A DNA stretch of 32,000 bases from Dickeya solani IPO 2222 (GCF_001644705.1 NZ_CP015137.1:2040001-2072000); one strand, 5' to 3'. Counted from the stretch's first letter, positions 10,836 through 22,938 are shown. The notes: a model not told the origin generated them from the sequence alone. Numbers and translations: made by a program.

Positions 10836-12224
10836 ATGAGTCTTTCCACCACTGAGCTACCTCAGGCCGATGCCGCCACCCCGGCGAACAGCGAGCTGAT
10901 TTACCGTCTGGAGGACCGGCCTCCTTTACCGCAAACCCTGTTTGCCGCCTGTCAGCATCTGCTGGCGATGTTTGTCGCGGTGATTACCCCGGCGCTGCTG
11001 ATTTGTCAGGCGCTGGGCCTGCCGGCGCAGGATACCCAGCACATCATCAGCATGTCGCTGTTCGCTTCCGGCCTGGCGTCCATTCTGCAAATCAAGACCT
11101 GGGGACCGGTCGGTTCCGGCCTGCTGTCCATTCAGGGCACCAGCTTCAACTTCGTCACCCCGCTGATCATGGGCGGCATGGCGTTGAAAAACGGCGGCGC
11201 GGATGTGCCGACGATGATGGCGGCGCTATTCGGCACCCTGATGGTCGCATCCTGCACGGAAATCCTGCTGTCGCGCGTGCTGCATCTGGCGCGTCGCATC
11301 ATCACGCCGCTGGTTTCCGGCATCGTCGTCATGATCATTGGCCTGTCGCTGATTCAGGTTGGCCTGACCTCGATCGGCGGTGGTTTTGCCGCCATGAGCG
11401 ACCACACCTTCGGCGCGCCGAAAAACCTGTTGCTGGCAGCCACCGTGCTCGCGGTAATCATCATCCTGAACCGCCAGCGCAACCCCTACCTGCGCGTAGC
11501 ATCACTGGTGATCGCCATGGTCGTCGGTTATCTGGTCGCCTGGCTGATGGGCATGCTGCCGGAAAGCACCGGTACATCCAGCCATGCGCTGATTAACGTG
11601 CCGACCCCGTTGTACTACGGTCTTGGTTTTGACTGGAATCTGCTGATCCCGCTGATGCTGGTGTTCATGGTGACCTCGCTGGAAACCATCGGCGACATCA
11701 CCGCCACTTCCGATGTGTCTGAACAGCCGGTCAGCGGCCCGCTGTACATGAAGCGCCTGAAAGGCGGCGTGCTGGCTAACGGCCTGAACTCCTGCCTGTC
11801 CGCGGTGTTCAATACCTTCCCCAACTCCTGCTTCGGCCAGAATAATGGCGTAATTCAGCTGACCGGCGTTGCCAGTCGGTATGTGGGTTTCGTGGTGGCG
11901 CTGATGCTGATCGTGCTGGGCCTGTTCCCGGCGGTGAGCGGTTTTGTTCAACACATTCCTGAACCGGTGCTGGGTGGCGCGACCATCGTGATGTTCGGCA
12001 CCATCGCCGCATCCGGGGTGCGCATTGTGTCCCGCGAACCGCTCAACCGTCGCGCCATCATGATCATCGCGCTGTCGCTGGCCGTCGGTCTGGGCGTCTC
12101 CCAGCAGCCGCTGATTCTGCAGTTCGCGCCGGAATGGCTGAAAACGCTGCTGTCGTCGGGCATTGCTGCGGGCGGTATCACAGCGATCGTGTTGAATCTG
12201 GTCTTCCCTCACGAAAAAGAGTAA
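10836..12224 (+). CDS. xanP: Xanthine:H+ symporter, NCS2/NAT family (462 aa)
   Basis: [61 protein letters not shown]... is almost identical to E. coli XanP (YicE). Confidence 0.95.
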   Translation: MSLSTTELPQADAATPANSELIYRLEDRPPLPQTLFAACQHLLAMFVAVITPALLICQALGLPAQDTQHIISMSLFASGLASILQIKTWGPVGSGLLSIQGTSFNFVTPLIMGGMALKNGGADVPTMMAALFGTLMVASCTEILLSRVLHLARRIITPLVSGIVVMIIGLSLIQVGLTSIGGGFAAMSDHTFGAPKNLLLAATVLAVIIILNRQRNPYLRVASLVIAMVVGYLVAWLMGMLPESTGTSSHALINVPTPLYYGLGFDWNLLIPLMLVFMVTSLETIGDITATSDVSEQPVSGPLYMKRLKGGVLANGLNSCLSAVFNTFPNSCFGQNNGVIQLTGVASRYVGFVVALMLIVLGLFPAVSGFVQHIPEPVLGGATIVMFGTIAASGVRIVSREPLNRRAIMIIALSLAVGLGVSQQPLILQFAPEWLKTLLSSGIAAGGITAIVLNLVFPHEKE

Positions 12225-12260
12225 GCCGCGCTTCCAGAAATTTTTCGTCTTACGTGATAA

Positions 12261-12296
12261 TAAGGGCCGATGGTGTAACATCGGCCCTTATTTATT
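12261..12296 (+). terminator. Rho-independent terminator of xanP
   Basis: A 12-bp perfect stem TAAGGGCCGATG / CATCGGCCCTTA with loop GTGTAA is followed by TTTATT. Confidence 0.85.
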
Positions 12297-12379
12297 GTCT
12301 GTAATAAGTTACCTGTTGAGACGACTGGATAATTACGGCATAACACGATCATCCCTTGCGACTGGCGCGGACTTAAGCA

Positions 12380-14131
12380 ATGAAACTTATTGGGAAACTT
12401 CTTCTCACACTGCTGTTACTGGCACTGCTGGCTGTGGTGGTGCTGTACGTACTAGCCCAGACTGAATGGGGTGCCAGACATATCAGTCAATGGGTTAATC
12501 AACGTACCGAATACCACGTGTCATTCAGAAAGATGGCGCATGACTGGTCCTCCCCTGGGCGCATTCAATTGCTGGATGCCAGCTTCGGTCATAAAGATCA
12601 ACCCGTTACACTGGTCGCAAAAAGCGTAGCTGTGGGATTCAGCGTGCGTCAGATTACCGATCCGCGCCACTTTTCCAGCCTGATGCTGGAAGGCGGCACC
12701 CTCAATCTGGGTCAGACCGGCTTTACCCTGCCGATTGAAGCCGATGTTCTGCAACTGAAAGCCATGGCGCTGCATGCGCAGGACGGCGACTGGCGATTGA
12801 GAGGCGAACAGGTGACAGGCGGTATTACGCCGTGGCAGCCGGAACCCGGCTATCTGCTGGGTAAAAAGGCGGCGTTCCAGCTCAGCGCGCACTCGCTGCT
12901 CCTCAACGACCTGCCAGCCAGCAAGGTATTGGTGCAAGGGCAGTTCAATAACCAACAACTGACGCTGGAGAACTTCGGCGCCGATGTGGCGAGGGGCGAA
13001 CTAACGGGCAATGCTTCCCGCGCAGAGGACGGCAGTTGGCTTGTCAATAACCTGCGGCTGAGCAATGTCCGGTTGCAAACCCGGCAGTCGATGGCGGATT
13101 TCTGGCAACCGGTGACCCGCCTGCCAGCGGTAACCGTCAATCGCTTTGATCTGATCGATGCCCGTATCGAAGGGCAAAACTGGGCGTTCACCGATCTGGA
13201 CGTCACCCTACAAAACGTGACCTTCAAGCAGAACGACTGGCAGAGCGACGACGGCTCGCTGTCATTCAACGCCACCGATATCGTCAACGGCAACATGCAT
13301 CTGGTCGACCCGATTGTCAGTCTGGATTTGTCGAAACAGGGCGTGAACATCAAACAGTTCTCTACCCGCTGGGAAGGCGGCCTGCTGCGCACCAGCGGCA
13401 ACTGGCTGCGCAGCAACCAGCGGCTAACGCTGGACGAGCTGGTGGTGGCCGGCATGGAATACACGCTGCCGGCAGACTGGCGCCAACGCTGGCAGCAAAC
13501 ACTGCCCGACTGGCTGGCGGAAGTGGAGCTTCGGAAATTCACCGCCAATCATAACCTGCTGATTGACATCAACCCGGAGTTTCCCTTCCAGCTTACCGCG
13601 CTGGACGGCTTCGGCAGCAACCTGTTGCTGGCGCGCAACCAGCAGTGGGGAGTGTGGCAAGGCGCGCTGACCCTGAACGCCAGTGACGCCACCTTCAACA
13701 AGGTCGATGTTCGCCGTCCGTCGCTGGCGCTGAACGCCAATGACAATCAAATCGCCCTGACGGACCTGAGCGCCTTTACCCAGAGCGGTTTGCTGGAAGC
13801 CAAGGCGGTGATTGCGCAGCAGCCCGCCCGAATCTTTACATTGGACCTGACCGGCAAAGCCGTGGCGTTCGATGTCCTGACCCGCTGGGGCTGGCCTGTT
13901 CCGGCAGCCACACCCACCGGCAACACCAACCTGCAGTTACACCTGAACGGCCGGCTGGAAGCGGCAAGCCCGCTTAGACCGACACTCAACGGCATGCTGC
14001 AAGGCATTGACAGCGCCGGACACGCCATCAGTCAGGCAATGCATCAGGGAACGGTGGCAGACAGCATACCCGCCACGCCGCCCCCACCGGCGGCACCCGT
14101 AGCGTCGCCAACCCCAACCGCACAGCCTTGA
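12380..14131 (+). CDS. yicH: AsmA-family protein YicH (583 aa)
   Basis: It has an N-terminal membrane anchor (MKLIGKLLLTLLLLALLAVVVLYVLAQTEWGA) and similarity to E. coli YicH as recalled. It follows xanP, as in E. coli. The C-terminus is Pro/Ala/Thr-rich. Confidence 0.85.
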   Translation: MKLIGKLLLTLLLLALLAVVVLYVLAQTEWGARHISQWVNQRTEYHVSFRKMAHDWSSPGRIQLLDASFGHKDQPVTLVAKSVAVGFSVRQITDPRHFSSLMLEGGTLNLGQTGFTLPIEADVLQLKAMALHAQDGDWRLRGEQVTGGITPWQPEPGYLLGKKAAFQLSAHSLLLNDLPASKVLVQGQFNNQQLTLENFGADVARGELTGNASRAEDGSWLVNNLRLSNVRLQTRQSMADFWQPVTRLPAVTVNRFDLIDARIEGQNWAFTDLDVTLQNVTFKQNDWQSDDGSLSFNATDIVNGNMHLVDPIVSLDLSKQGVNIKQFSTRWEGGLLRTSGNWLRSNQRLTLDELVVAGMEYTLPADWRQRWQQTLPDWLAEVELRKFTANHNLLIDINPEFPFQLTALDGFGSNLLLARNQQWGVWQGALTLNASDATFNKVDVRRPSLALNANDNQIALTDLSAFTQSGLLEAKAVIAQQPARIFTLDLTGKAVAFDVLTRWGWPVPAATPTGNTNLQLHLNGRLEAASPLRPTLNGMLQGIDSAGHAISQAMHQGTVADSIPATPPPPAAPVASPTPTAQP

Positions 14132-14139
14132 CATAAAAC

Positions 14140-14166
14140 AAACAGCCACCGTCATGGTGGCTGTTT
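14140..14166. terminator. Shared hairpin terminator between convergent yicH and yiiD
   Basis: AAACAGCCACC-GTCAT-GGTGGCTGTTT forms an 11-bp stem. The minus strand continues GTTTTAT (better U-tract, serving yiiD) and the plus strand continues CATATCC. Confidence 0.75.
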
Positions 14167-14183
14167 CATATCCGGCGTCAGGA

Positions 14184-15125
14184 TTAGCGAATAGCAGAGC
14201 CGCCTTGCTCCAGTAATTCATTCTGATCCGGCGGCAGCACGATATAGATACCTTCAAACACCGCGCCTTTTTTATCATTGCCAAACAGCTCCACCTGCAA
14301 CTGCACCCGCGCTTTGCGCCCACGAGCCAGCCGATCCAGATCGCCGCTCAGCGACCCCAAATCCGCCACCGCACTGGGGCGACCGGTCACCGGCGTGCTG
14401 TAGCGAATATGCGCATCCGCCAGAATAATGGTGCCGCCCAGTTGCCGCTCACGCAGCAGCAACCAAATCAAGCCCCATCCGGTAAGCGTCGCCAGCGAGA
14501 ACATGCTGCCGGCGAACAACGTATGATGTGGGTTCTGGTTCCCCGTCTCCGGCATGGTGGTAATAAACTTCTGCCCGGTGTACTGACTGATGCGTACACC
14601 CATTTTTTCACTGAGAGGAATGTGGTTGTACCACGCCTGCTGCAACTGGCCACACCAGTCCGGACGATGCAGAATATCATCCAGCGTCGCCACCGGTTTA
14701 ATCATCAAAAAGTGGCGTACCGGCGTGGTCATCGGCGTGGTGATTTCACCCTGATTGACAAAGCCAAGGCGGGAGAAGAACGCCATCGCATCCTCGCGGG
14801 CGCTGCACACTACCCGCTTCACGCCTTCCTGGCGCGCGACCGACTCCAGCGCCATCGCCATTAGCGTCCCCAGGCCCTTGCGCTGTACGTCAGGGTGCAC
14901 CGCCAGAAACCGGATCGAGGCTTCATTGTCGGCATTAATAGAGAGACGCCCTACCGCGACCAGATTTCCGTTCCCATCAACAATGGTTTGATGGTGCGCC
15001 AGCGCATCATAGGCATCCCGTTCGGAACCGAGCGGCTGATGCAGCGGTTTACGCAACATTTCCCAGCGGAACTGGTAATACGCATCCAGCTCTTCGGCGC
15101 TTTCAGGCACTCTCAGGTAATACAT
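14184..15125 (-). CDS. yiiD: GNAT acetyltransferase fused to a thioesterase-fold domain, YiiD/FabY (313 aa)
   Basis: [22 protein letters not shown]..., [24 protein letters not shown] (GNAT) and [12 protein letters not shown] (YiiD_C) are collinear with E. coli YiiD. ATG 15125 is preferred, with GAGAGGGG upstream; the track ORF starts at TTG 15140. Confidence 0.92.
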   Translation of the reverse strand: MYYLRVPESAEELDAYYQFRWEMLRKPLHQPLGSERDAYDALAHHQTIVDGNGNLVAVGRLSINADNEASIRFLAVHPDVQRKGLGTLMAMALESVARQEGVKRVVCSAREDAMAFFSRLGFVNQGEITTPMTTPVRHFLMIKPVATLDDILHRPDWCGQLQQAWYNHIPLSEKMGVRISQYTGQKFITTMPETGNQNPHHTLFAGSMFSLATLTGWGLIWLLLRERQLGGTIILADAHIRYSTPVTGRPSAVADLGSLSGDLDRLARGRKARVQLQVELFGNDKKGAVFEGIYIVLPPDQNELLEQGGSAIR

Positions 15126-15158
15126 AACCGCCCCTCTCAACGCATGCTTAACTGCAGC

Positions 15159-15596
15159 CTAGACCTGCAACCAGAAGGTTACCGGTCCATCATTTACCAG
15201 AGATACTTTCATGTCCGCGGCAAACCGGCCGGTTTCCGTCGCCAGCCCGCGTTCACGGCACTGGCCGACAAAATACTGATACAGCCGATCGGCTTCGGCG
15301 GGCGCCGCACCGCGGGAAAAGCTGGGGCGCATGCCCTTTTGCGTATCCGCCGCCAGCGTAAACTGCGACACCACCAGCAAACTGCCGCCGACTTGCTGAA
15401 CGTTCAGGTTCATCTTGCCGTTGTCATCGCTGAAAATCCGATAGCCGATCACCTTTTCGCATAAACGGGCCGCCTTCTGTTCGTCGTCACCTTGCTCTAC
15501 GCCCAGCAATACCAGCAACCCGTGATCAATTTCCCCGACTATCGCGCCTTCTACCGCTACACTCGCGCCGGATACCCGCTGAATTAATGCGATCAT
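15159..15596 (-). CDS. dtd: D-aminoacyl-tRNA deacylase (145 aa)
   Basis: MIALIQRV...[15 protein letters not shown]...[12 protein letters not shown] matches E. coli Dtd and has the same length. The track ORF (to 15860) over-extends into yihX. Confidence 0.95.
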   Translation of the reverse strand: MIALIQRVSGASVAVEGAIVGEIDHGLLVLLGVEQGDDEQKAARLCEKVIGYRIFSDDNGKMNLNVQQVGGSLLVVSQFTLAADTQKGMRPSFSRGAAPAEADRLYQYFVGQCRERGLATETGRFAADMKVSLVNDGPVTFWLQV

Positions 15597-15603
15597 AACG
15601 ACC

Positions 15604-16215
15604 TTACGACTCCTGCTTAAAAACCTGGCTGGCAAAAAAATCCGGCACCACCTGCCGATCGCTAACCAGAATGGAGCGGATGCCCAATGCATTCGCCGCG
15701 TCCACATTGGCGACATTGTCGTCAAAAAAGAGTGCGTCACTGGCGTCAACGCCTTCTTCGCGCAGAACATGGTGATAAATCGCCGCCTCAGGTTTGCGCT
15801 GGCCGATATCCTGCGACAGATAAAGCCGGTCCACGGCTTGCTGGACTTCGGGGTATTCATCCGGCCAGAATTGACAGTGCAAGCGATTGGTATTGGAGAG
15901 TATTACCACGCGATGCCCTTCCTGCCGCAAACGATGCATGATATCGATCACATCTTTGCGCACACCGATGAAAATTGCCTGCCAACCGGTCGAGAACTGC
16001 TCAAAACTGAGTGTAATCCCCAGCTCATGGCACAACCGCGACGCAAATTCCTCATCGCTGATTTCACCGCGCTCATGCTGTTCAAAGGTGTTCCCCAGAA
16101 CAAAACGCTCACGCAGGGCCGCCAACGGCGCGCCGCTCAGATTGCTCCACACCCCCACAACACGATTGAAATCAATATCGATCACCACATTACCTAAATC
16201 AAAGATATACAGCAT
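15604..16215 (-). CDS. yihX: HAD-family alpha-D-glucose-1-phosphate phosphatase (203 aa)
   Basis: [16 protein letters not shown] (DxD motif), [19 protein letters not shown] and FFDDN are collinear with E. coli YihX. The order yihX-dtd-yiiD is the same as in E. coli. Confidence 0.92.
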   Translation of the reverse strand: MLYIFDLGNVVIDIDFNRVVGVWSNLSGAPLAALRERFVLGNTFEQHERGEISDEEFASRLCHELGITLSFEQFSTGWQAIFIGVRKDVIDIMHRLRQEGHRVVILSNTNRLHCQFWPDEYPEVQQAVDRLYLSQDIGQRKPEAAIYHHVLREEGVDASDALFFDDNVANVDAANALGIRSILVSDRQVVPDFFASQVFKQES

Positions 16216-16348
16216 GCGTCCTCCAGATTGGCCAGTAGGGTTTTCACTGTAGCGAGAAAAATCCGTGCTGAACAGGGAGGATAAGCAGGATCAGAATAAG
16301 GTCAAAAATGGTGCAAATTCGGTCCAGGGGCGGATACCGGACGCGTAG

Positions 16349-16379
16349 AAAAAAATAAGGCCCCAAAGTGGGGCCTTAT
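16349..16379 (-). terminator. Rho-independent terminator of typA
   Basis: The minus strand has ATAAGGCCCC-ACTTT-GGGGCCTTAT followed by TTTTTTT, 58 nt after the typA stop. Confidence 0.88.
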
Positions 16380-16437
16380 CGCAAGGCAGCTCGGTTAAAT
16401 ACCGTACTCCGCCTGATGTATCACTAAAAATAGTGAA

Positions 16438-18261
<1,824 letters not shown>

Positions 18262-18416
18262 AGCTTTGCCTCAGGCATTTTAGAAATAGCGCGCTATTGT
18301 ACACGTATTAATCGAGCGACTGAACAAGATCACAATCATCTTCCACAAACAACCTGCTAATGCCGGGTCTGTGATCCCTTTCACGGTGCAATAAAGCAGC
18401 ACACCCCAGACAGAAA

Positions 18417-18464
18417 GCACCAATTAAGTGCAACAACACCAAAGCAGAGCACCGATTTGGTGCA
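18417..18464 (+). promoter_or_regulatory. Two NtrC (NRI) enhancer sites upstream of glnA
   Basis: GCACCAATTAAGTGCA (18417-18432) and GCACCGATTTGGTGCA (18449-18464) fit TGCACC-N5-GGTGCA. Their centres lie about 140 and 108 bp upstream of the start inferred from the sigma54 promoter, matching the E. coli glnAp2 layout. A further GGTGCA half-site is at 18476-18481. Confidence 0.8.
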
Positions 18465-18537
18465 GTTAACTATCTTGGTGCAGTGGAGGGGACACAAAAA
18501 ACCAGCAGGAACGCCTGTTAGAACCATTCATAAAAGT

Positions 18538-18552
18538 TGGCACAGTTTTAGC
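18538..18552 (+). promoter_or_regulatory. sigma54 promoter glnAp2
   Basis: TGGCACAGTTTTAGC carries the -24 GG and -12 GC elements with correct spacing. It is near-identical to E. coli glnAp2 (TGGCACAGATTTCGC). Confidence 0.85.
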
Positions 18553-18634
18553 TATAGCCTTTGTACGGTAACAACATCATTCCACAACGATATTCGTTCC
18601 ACGACGATAAATGACACAATCGGGAGAACCAAGT

Positions 18635-20044
18635 ATGTCAGTAGAACACGTTTTGACGATGCTGAATGAACATGAGGTGAAGTTTGTTGACCTTCGCTTC
18701 ACGGACACCAAAGGTAAAGAACAGCACGTCACTATTCCGGCCCACCAGGTTGATGCTGACTTCTTCGAAGACGGCAAAATGTTTGATGGTTCCTCGATTG
18801 GCGGCTGGAAAGGCATCAACGAATCCGACATGGTGTTAATGCCGGATGCGACTACTGCGGTTCTGGATCCATTCTTCGAAGAATCGACCCTGATCATCCG
18901 TTGTGACATTCTGGAACCGGGCACCATGCAGGGCTATGACCGCGACCCGCGCTCCATCGCCAAACGCGCTGAAGACTTCCTGCGCTCTTCCGGCATCGCC
19001 GACACCGTGCTGTTCGGGCCTGAGCCGGAATTCTTCCTGTTCGATGACGTGCGCTTCGGCAGCAGCATCTCCGGTTCCCACGTCTCCATTGACGACATCG
19101 AAGGCGCCTGGAACTCCAGCACCAAATACGAAGACGGCAACAAGGGCCACCGCCCGGCTGTAAAAGGTGGTTACTTCCCGGTTCCGCCGGTAGATTCTGC
19201 GCAGGATCTGCGTTCTGCTATGTGTCTGACCATGGAGCAGATGGGCCTGGTGGTTGAAGCACATCACCACGAAGTAGCGACCGCTGGTCAGAACGAAGTG
19301 GCTACCCGCTTCAACACCATGACCAAGAAAGCCGACGAAATCCAGATCTACAAATATGTCGTGCACAACGTGGCGCACGCTTTCGGCAAAACCGCAACCT
19401 TCATGCCGAAACCGATGTTCGGCGATAACGGTTCCGGTATGCACTGCCACATGTCTCTGGCTAAAGACGGCGCCAACCTGTTCTCCGGCGACAAATACGG
19501 CGGCCTGTCCGAAACCGCGCTGTACTACATCGGCGGTGTGATCAAACACGCTAAAGCCATCAACGCGCTGTCCAACCCGACCACCAACTCCTACAAGCGT
19601 CTGGTTCCAGGTTACGAAGCGCCGGTTATGCTGGCCTACTCTGCCCGTAACCGTTCAGCCTCTATCCGTATTCCGGTGGTATCCAGCCCGAAAGCACGCC
19701 GTATCGAAGTACGCTTCCCGGACCCGGCCGCCAACCCGTACCTGTGCTTCGCCGCACTGCTGATGGCCGGCCTGGACGGCATCATCAACAAGATTCACCC
19801 GGGCGATGCCATGGACAAGAACCTGTACGATCTGCCGCCGGAAGAAGCGAAAGAGATCCCGACCGTAGCCGGCTCTCTGGAAGAAGCGCTGAACGCCCTG
19901 AATGCAGACCGCGAGTTCCTGACCCGTGGCGGCGTATTCACCGACGACGCGATCGATGCTTACATCGAACTGCGTATCGCTGAAAACGACCGTGTTCGCA
20001 TGACGCCGCATCCGGTTGAGTTCGAACTGTACTACAGCGTGTAA
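18635..20044 (+). CDS. glnA: Glutamine synthetase type I (469 aa)
   Basis: [39 protein letters not shown]... is near-identical to E. coli GlnA, including the adenylylation-site region NLYDLPPEE. The start is ATG 18635 with GGGAGAA upstream; the track start is 18611. Confidence 0.98.
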   Translation: MSVEHVLTMLNEHEVKFVDLRFTDTKGKEQHVTIPAHQVDADFFEDGKMFDGSSIGGWKGINESDMVLMPDATTAVLDPFFEESTLIIRCDILEPGTMQGYDRDPRSIAKRAEDFLRSSGIADTVLFGPEPEFFLFDDVRFGSSISGSHVSIDDIEGAWNSSTKYEDGNKGHRPAVKGGYFPVPPVDSAQDLRSAMCLTMEQMGLVVEAHHHEVATAGQNEVATRFNTMTKKADEIQIYKYVVHNVAHAFGKTATFMPKPMFGDNGSGMHCHMSLAKDGANLFSGDKYGGLSETALYYIGGVIKHAKAINALSNPTTNSYKRLVPGYEAPVMLAYSARNRSASIRIPVVSSPKARRIEVRFPDPAANPYLCFAALLMAGLDGIINKIHPGDAMDKNLYDLPPEEAKEIPTVAGSLEEALNALNADREFLTRGGVFTDDAIDAYIELRIAENDRVRMTPHPVEFELYYSV

Positions 20045-20170
20045 TTCCCGCGCTTGGACGGCAGGACGAAGAAAATGATGTTCACATTGCCGTCCGATAA
20101 CTGTTTTCTGTTTATGTTTATTTTTGTTGCCGTGGAAACTTTTCAGCCCATCTTCGGATGGGCTTTTTTC
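20045..20170 (+). ncRNA. glnZ: glnA 3'UTR, candidate GlnZ-type 3'UTR-derived sRNA
   Basis: The roughly 125-nt 3'UTR has an 8-bp hairpin GGACGGCA...TGCCGTCC (20056-20095), a U-rich single-stranded tract and the glnA terminator. GlnZ is processed from the glnA 3'UTR in E. coli and Salmonella. The call rests on position and structure only. Confidence 0.4.
20145..20170 (+). terminator. Rho-independent terminator of glnA
   Basis: AGCCCATC-TTCG-GATGGGCT is followed by TTTTTTCT. Confidence 0.9.
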
Positions 20171-20219
20171 TCCACAAGACATCTTACAGTTGCTACTTAA
20201 ACTACAATCCAGAATAGTG

Positions 20220-20235
20220 TGCACTAAAATGGTGC
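20220..20235 (+). promoter_or_regulatory. NtrC binding site at the glnL promoter
   Basis: TGCACTAAAATGGTGC matches the NtrC consensus and ends 13 nt upstream of the glnL ATG. This corresponds to the autoregulated glnLp in E. coli. Confidence 0.7.
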
Positions 20236-20248
20236 GGGAGTCTGCGTT

Positions 20249-21298
20249 ATGGCAACAGGCACGCTGCCCGATGCTGGGCAGATCCTCAATTCTTTAATAA
20301 ACAGCATCTTATTGCTGGACAAAGATCTGGCTATTCACTATTCCAACCCGGCGGCGCAACAACTTCTGGCCCAAAGCTCACGCAAACTGTCTGGAACGCC
20401 ACTGCCGGAGCTGCTCGGTTACTTTTCGTTGAATCTCGACCTGATGCGGGAAAGTCTCGACTCGGGGCAAGGCTTTACCGATAACGAAGTCACCCTCGTG
20501 GTGGATGGCCGGGCGCATATCATGTCGCTGACGGCACAGCGCATTCAGCACGATTTTATCCTGCTGGAAATGGCGCCGATGGATAACCAGCGCCGTCTCA
20601 GCCAGGAACAACTGCAACACGCCCAACAACAGGCCGCTCGCGACCTGGTGCGCGGTCTGGCGCATGAAATCAAGAACCCGCTCGGCGGCCTGCGCGGCGC
20701 GGCGCAGTTACTGTCCAAAGCGCTACCGGACCCAGCGCTGATGGAATACACCAAGGTCATTATCGAACAGGCCGATCGCCTGCGTAATCTGGTTGACCGT
20801 CTGCTCGGCCCGCAACAGCCCGGCCTGCACGTCACGCAAAGCATTCACCAGGTGGCAGAACGAGTATTCCAACTGGTGTCGATGGAAAAAGCGGACAACG
20901 TGACGCTGGTGCGTGACTACGACCCCAGCCTGCCGGAACTGATGCACGACCCGGATCAGATAGAACAGGTACTGCTGAACATTACCCGCAATGCCATGCA
21001 GGCGCTGGGGGAAGAAGGCGGCACCATCACCATCCGGACCCGCACCGCGTTTCAGCTAACGCTGCATGGCATGCGTTACCGTCTGGTCGCCCGTGTCGAC
21101 ATCGAAGACGACGGCCCCGGCGTGCCTGCTCATCTGCAGGATACGCTGTTCTATCCGATGGTGAGCGGCCGGGAAGGCGGCACCGGGCTGGGCTTATCGA
21201 TTGCCCGTAACCTTATCGATCAACATTCCGGAAAAATTGAATTTAACAGTTGGCCAGGTCATACCGAATTCTCGGTTTATCTGCCCATTCGCCAGTGA
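20249..21298 (+). CDS. glnL: Nitrogen regulation sensor histidine kinase NtrB/NRII (349 aa)
   Basis: [24 protein letters not shown]..., the H-box [12 protein letters not shown] and the G-box [14 protein letters not shown] match E. coli NtrB, with the same length. Confidence 0.97.
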   Translation: MATGTLPDAGQILNSLINSILLLDKDLAIHYSNPAAQQLLAQSSRKLSGTPLPELLGYFSLNLDLMRESLDSGQGFTDNEVTLVVDGRAHIMSLTAQRIQHDFILLEMAPMDNQRRLSQEQLQHAQQQAARDLVRGLAHEIKNPLGGLRGAAQLLSKALPDPALMEYTKVIIEQADRLRNLVDRLLGPQQPGLHVTQSIHQVAERVFQLVSMEKADNVTLVRDYDPSLPELMHDPDQIEQVLLNITRNAMQALGEEGGTITIRTRTAFQLTLHGMRYRLVARVDIEDDGPGVPAHLQDTLFYPMVSGREGGTGLGLSIARNLIDQHSGKIEFNSWPGHTEFSVYLPIRQ

Positions 21299-21306
21299 GG
21301 TTCACG

Positions 21307-22719
21307 ATGCAACGAGGGATAGTCTGGATTGTCGATGACGATAGCTCCATCCGTTGGGTGCTTGAACGTGCGCTTACCGGGGCGGGCTTAACCTGCGCAA
21401 CCTTTGATAACGGCACTCAGGCATTAAATGCACTGACCACCCAAACGCCGGATGTACTGCTGTCGGATATCCGCATGCCCGGCATGGACGGGTTAGCGTT
21501 GCTACAACAGATTAAACAGCGCCACCCAATGCTGCCGGTCATTATCATGACCGCTCATTCCGATTTGGACGCAGCGGTCAGCGCCTACCAGCAAGGGGCG
21601 TTCGATTATCTGCCCAAACCGTTTGATATCGACGAAGCGGTGGCGCTGGTTGAGCGCGCCATCAGCCATTACATGGAACAGCAGCAACCGGTGCGCAGTC
21701 AGCCTATCAGCGGGCCGACTACCGACATCATCGGTGAAGCGCCGGCCATGCAGGATGTGTTCAGAATTATCGGCCGGCTTTCCCGTTCGTCGATCAGCGT
21801 GCTGATCAATGGCGAATCCGGTACCGGTAAAGAACTGGTGGCTCATGCGCTACACCGCCACAGTCCACGCGCCAAAGCGCCGTTTATCGCGCTGAATATG
21901 GCGGCCATTCCCAAAGATCTGATCGAATCAGAACTGTTCGGCCATGAAAAAGGCGCGTTTACCGGCGCCAATCAAATTCGACAGGGGCGTTTCGAACAGG
22001 CTGATGGCGGCACGCTGTTTCTCGATGAGATCGGCGATATGCCGCTGGACGTGCAAACCCGCCTGCTGCGCGTGCTGGCCGATGGTCAGTTCTATCGCGT
22101 CGGTGGCTATGCGGCAGTGAAGGTGGACGTGCGTATCATCGCCGCCACGCATCAGAATCTGGAATTACGGGTGCAGGAAGGCAAATTCCGCGAAGACCTG
22201 TTCCACCGTCTGAACGTGATTCGCGTCCATTTGCCGCCGCTGCGCGAACGCCGGGAAGATATTCCGCGTCTGGCGCGCTACTTCCTGCAGGCGACCGCCA
22301 AAGAGCTGGGTGTGGAGCCGAAAAACCTGCACCCGGAAACCGAAGCGGCGCTCACCCGCCTGCCCTGGCCGGGCAATGTGCGTCAGCTGGAAAATACCTG
22401 CCGCTGGCTGACCGTAATGGCCGCCGGGCAGGAAGTCTTGATTCAGGACCTGCCGCCGGAGCTGTTTGAAACCACCGCGCCGGACGCCACCGTGCATGTC
22501 ATGCCCGACAGCTGGGCCACGCTGCTGGCGCAATGGGCCGATCGCGCGCTGCGTTCCGGTCATCAAAACCTGCTGGCCGAAGCGCAACCGGAAATGGAAC
22601 GCACGCTGCTGACGACGGCATTGCGCCATACGCAGGGACACAAACAGGAAGCGGCAAGGCTACTCGGCTGGGGGAGAAATACCCTGACGCGCAAGCTCAA
22701 GGAACTGGGTATGGAATAA
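21307..22719 (+). CDS. glnG: Nitrogen regulation response regulator NtrC/NRI, sigma54 activator (470 aa)
   Basis: [23 protein letters not shown] (receiver), GESGTGKE and GAFTGA (AAA+ with the sigma54-contact motif) and a C-terminal HTH are present. The start is ATG 21307; the track ORF begins earlier, inside glnL. Confidence 0.97.
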   Translation: MQRGIVWIVDDDSSIRWVLERALTGAGLTCATFDNGTQALNALTTQTPDVLLSDIRMPGMDGLALLQQIKQRHPMLPVIIMTAHSDLDAAVSAYQQGAFDYLPKPFDIDEAVALVERAISHYMEQQQPVRSQPISGPTTDIIGEAPAMQDVFRIIGRLSRSSISVLINGESGTGKELVAHALHRHSPRAKAPFIALNMAAIPKDLIESELFGHEKGAFTGANQIRQGRFEQADGGTLFLDEIGDMPLDVQTRLLRVLADGQFYRVGGYAAVKVDVRIIAATHQNLELRVQEGKFREDLFHRLNVIRVHLPPLRERREDIPRLARYFLQATAKELGVEPKNLHPETEAALTRLPWPGNVRQLENTCRWLTVMAAGQEVLIQDLPPELFETTAPDATVHVMPDSWATLLAQWADRALRSGHQNLLAEAQPEMERTLLTTALRHTQGHKQEAARLLGWGRNTLTRKLKELGME

Positions 22720-22737
22720 CGGCAATCCCGCCGTTTT
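22718..22737 (+). terminator. Weak hairpin at the glnG stop, possible terminator
   Basis: AACGGC-AATCCC-GCCGTT forms a 6-bp stem, followed by TTACC. The stem and U-tract are both short. Confidence 0.3.
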
Positions 22738-22811
22738 ACCCCCCGCCGGTCATCGCCTGATAGTGGTGATAAAAAGTGCAATATGACGTACAGATTCGCC
22801 ACTATGCCCTA

Positions 22812-22938
22812 AATAATTCGAGTTGCAGGCCAAGGCTCATTAAGAGCCTTGTAACGCTGTGGCCCCGAAGGGGCAAGGCTCAGGGATGGGCCGAGTAACA
22901 AAGCCAACGCACCTGCAACGTGAAGTATGGCGGGTATA
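22812..22938. repeat. ERIC/IRU-family intergenic repeat with a diverged centre
   Basis: The left end ATTCGAGTTGCAGGCCAAGGC and the right end AAAGCCAACGCACCTGCAACGTGAAGTATGGCGGGTATA closely match the ERIC consensus termini as recalled. The size is about 127 bp, with terminal inverted repeats GTTGCAGG (22822-22829) and CCTGCAAC (22912-22919). Internal hairpins are CAAGGCTC/GAGCCTTG and GCCCC/GGGGC. Confidence 0.7.
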
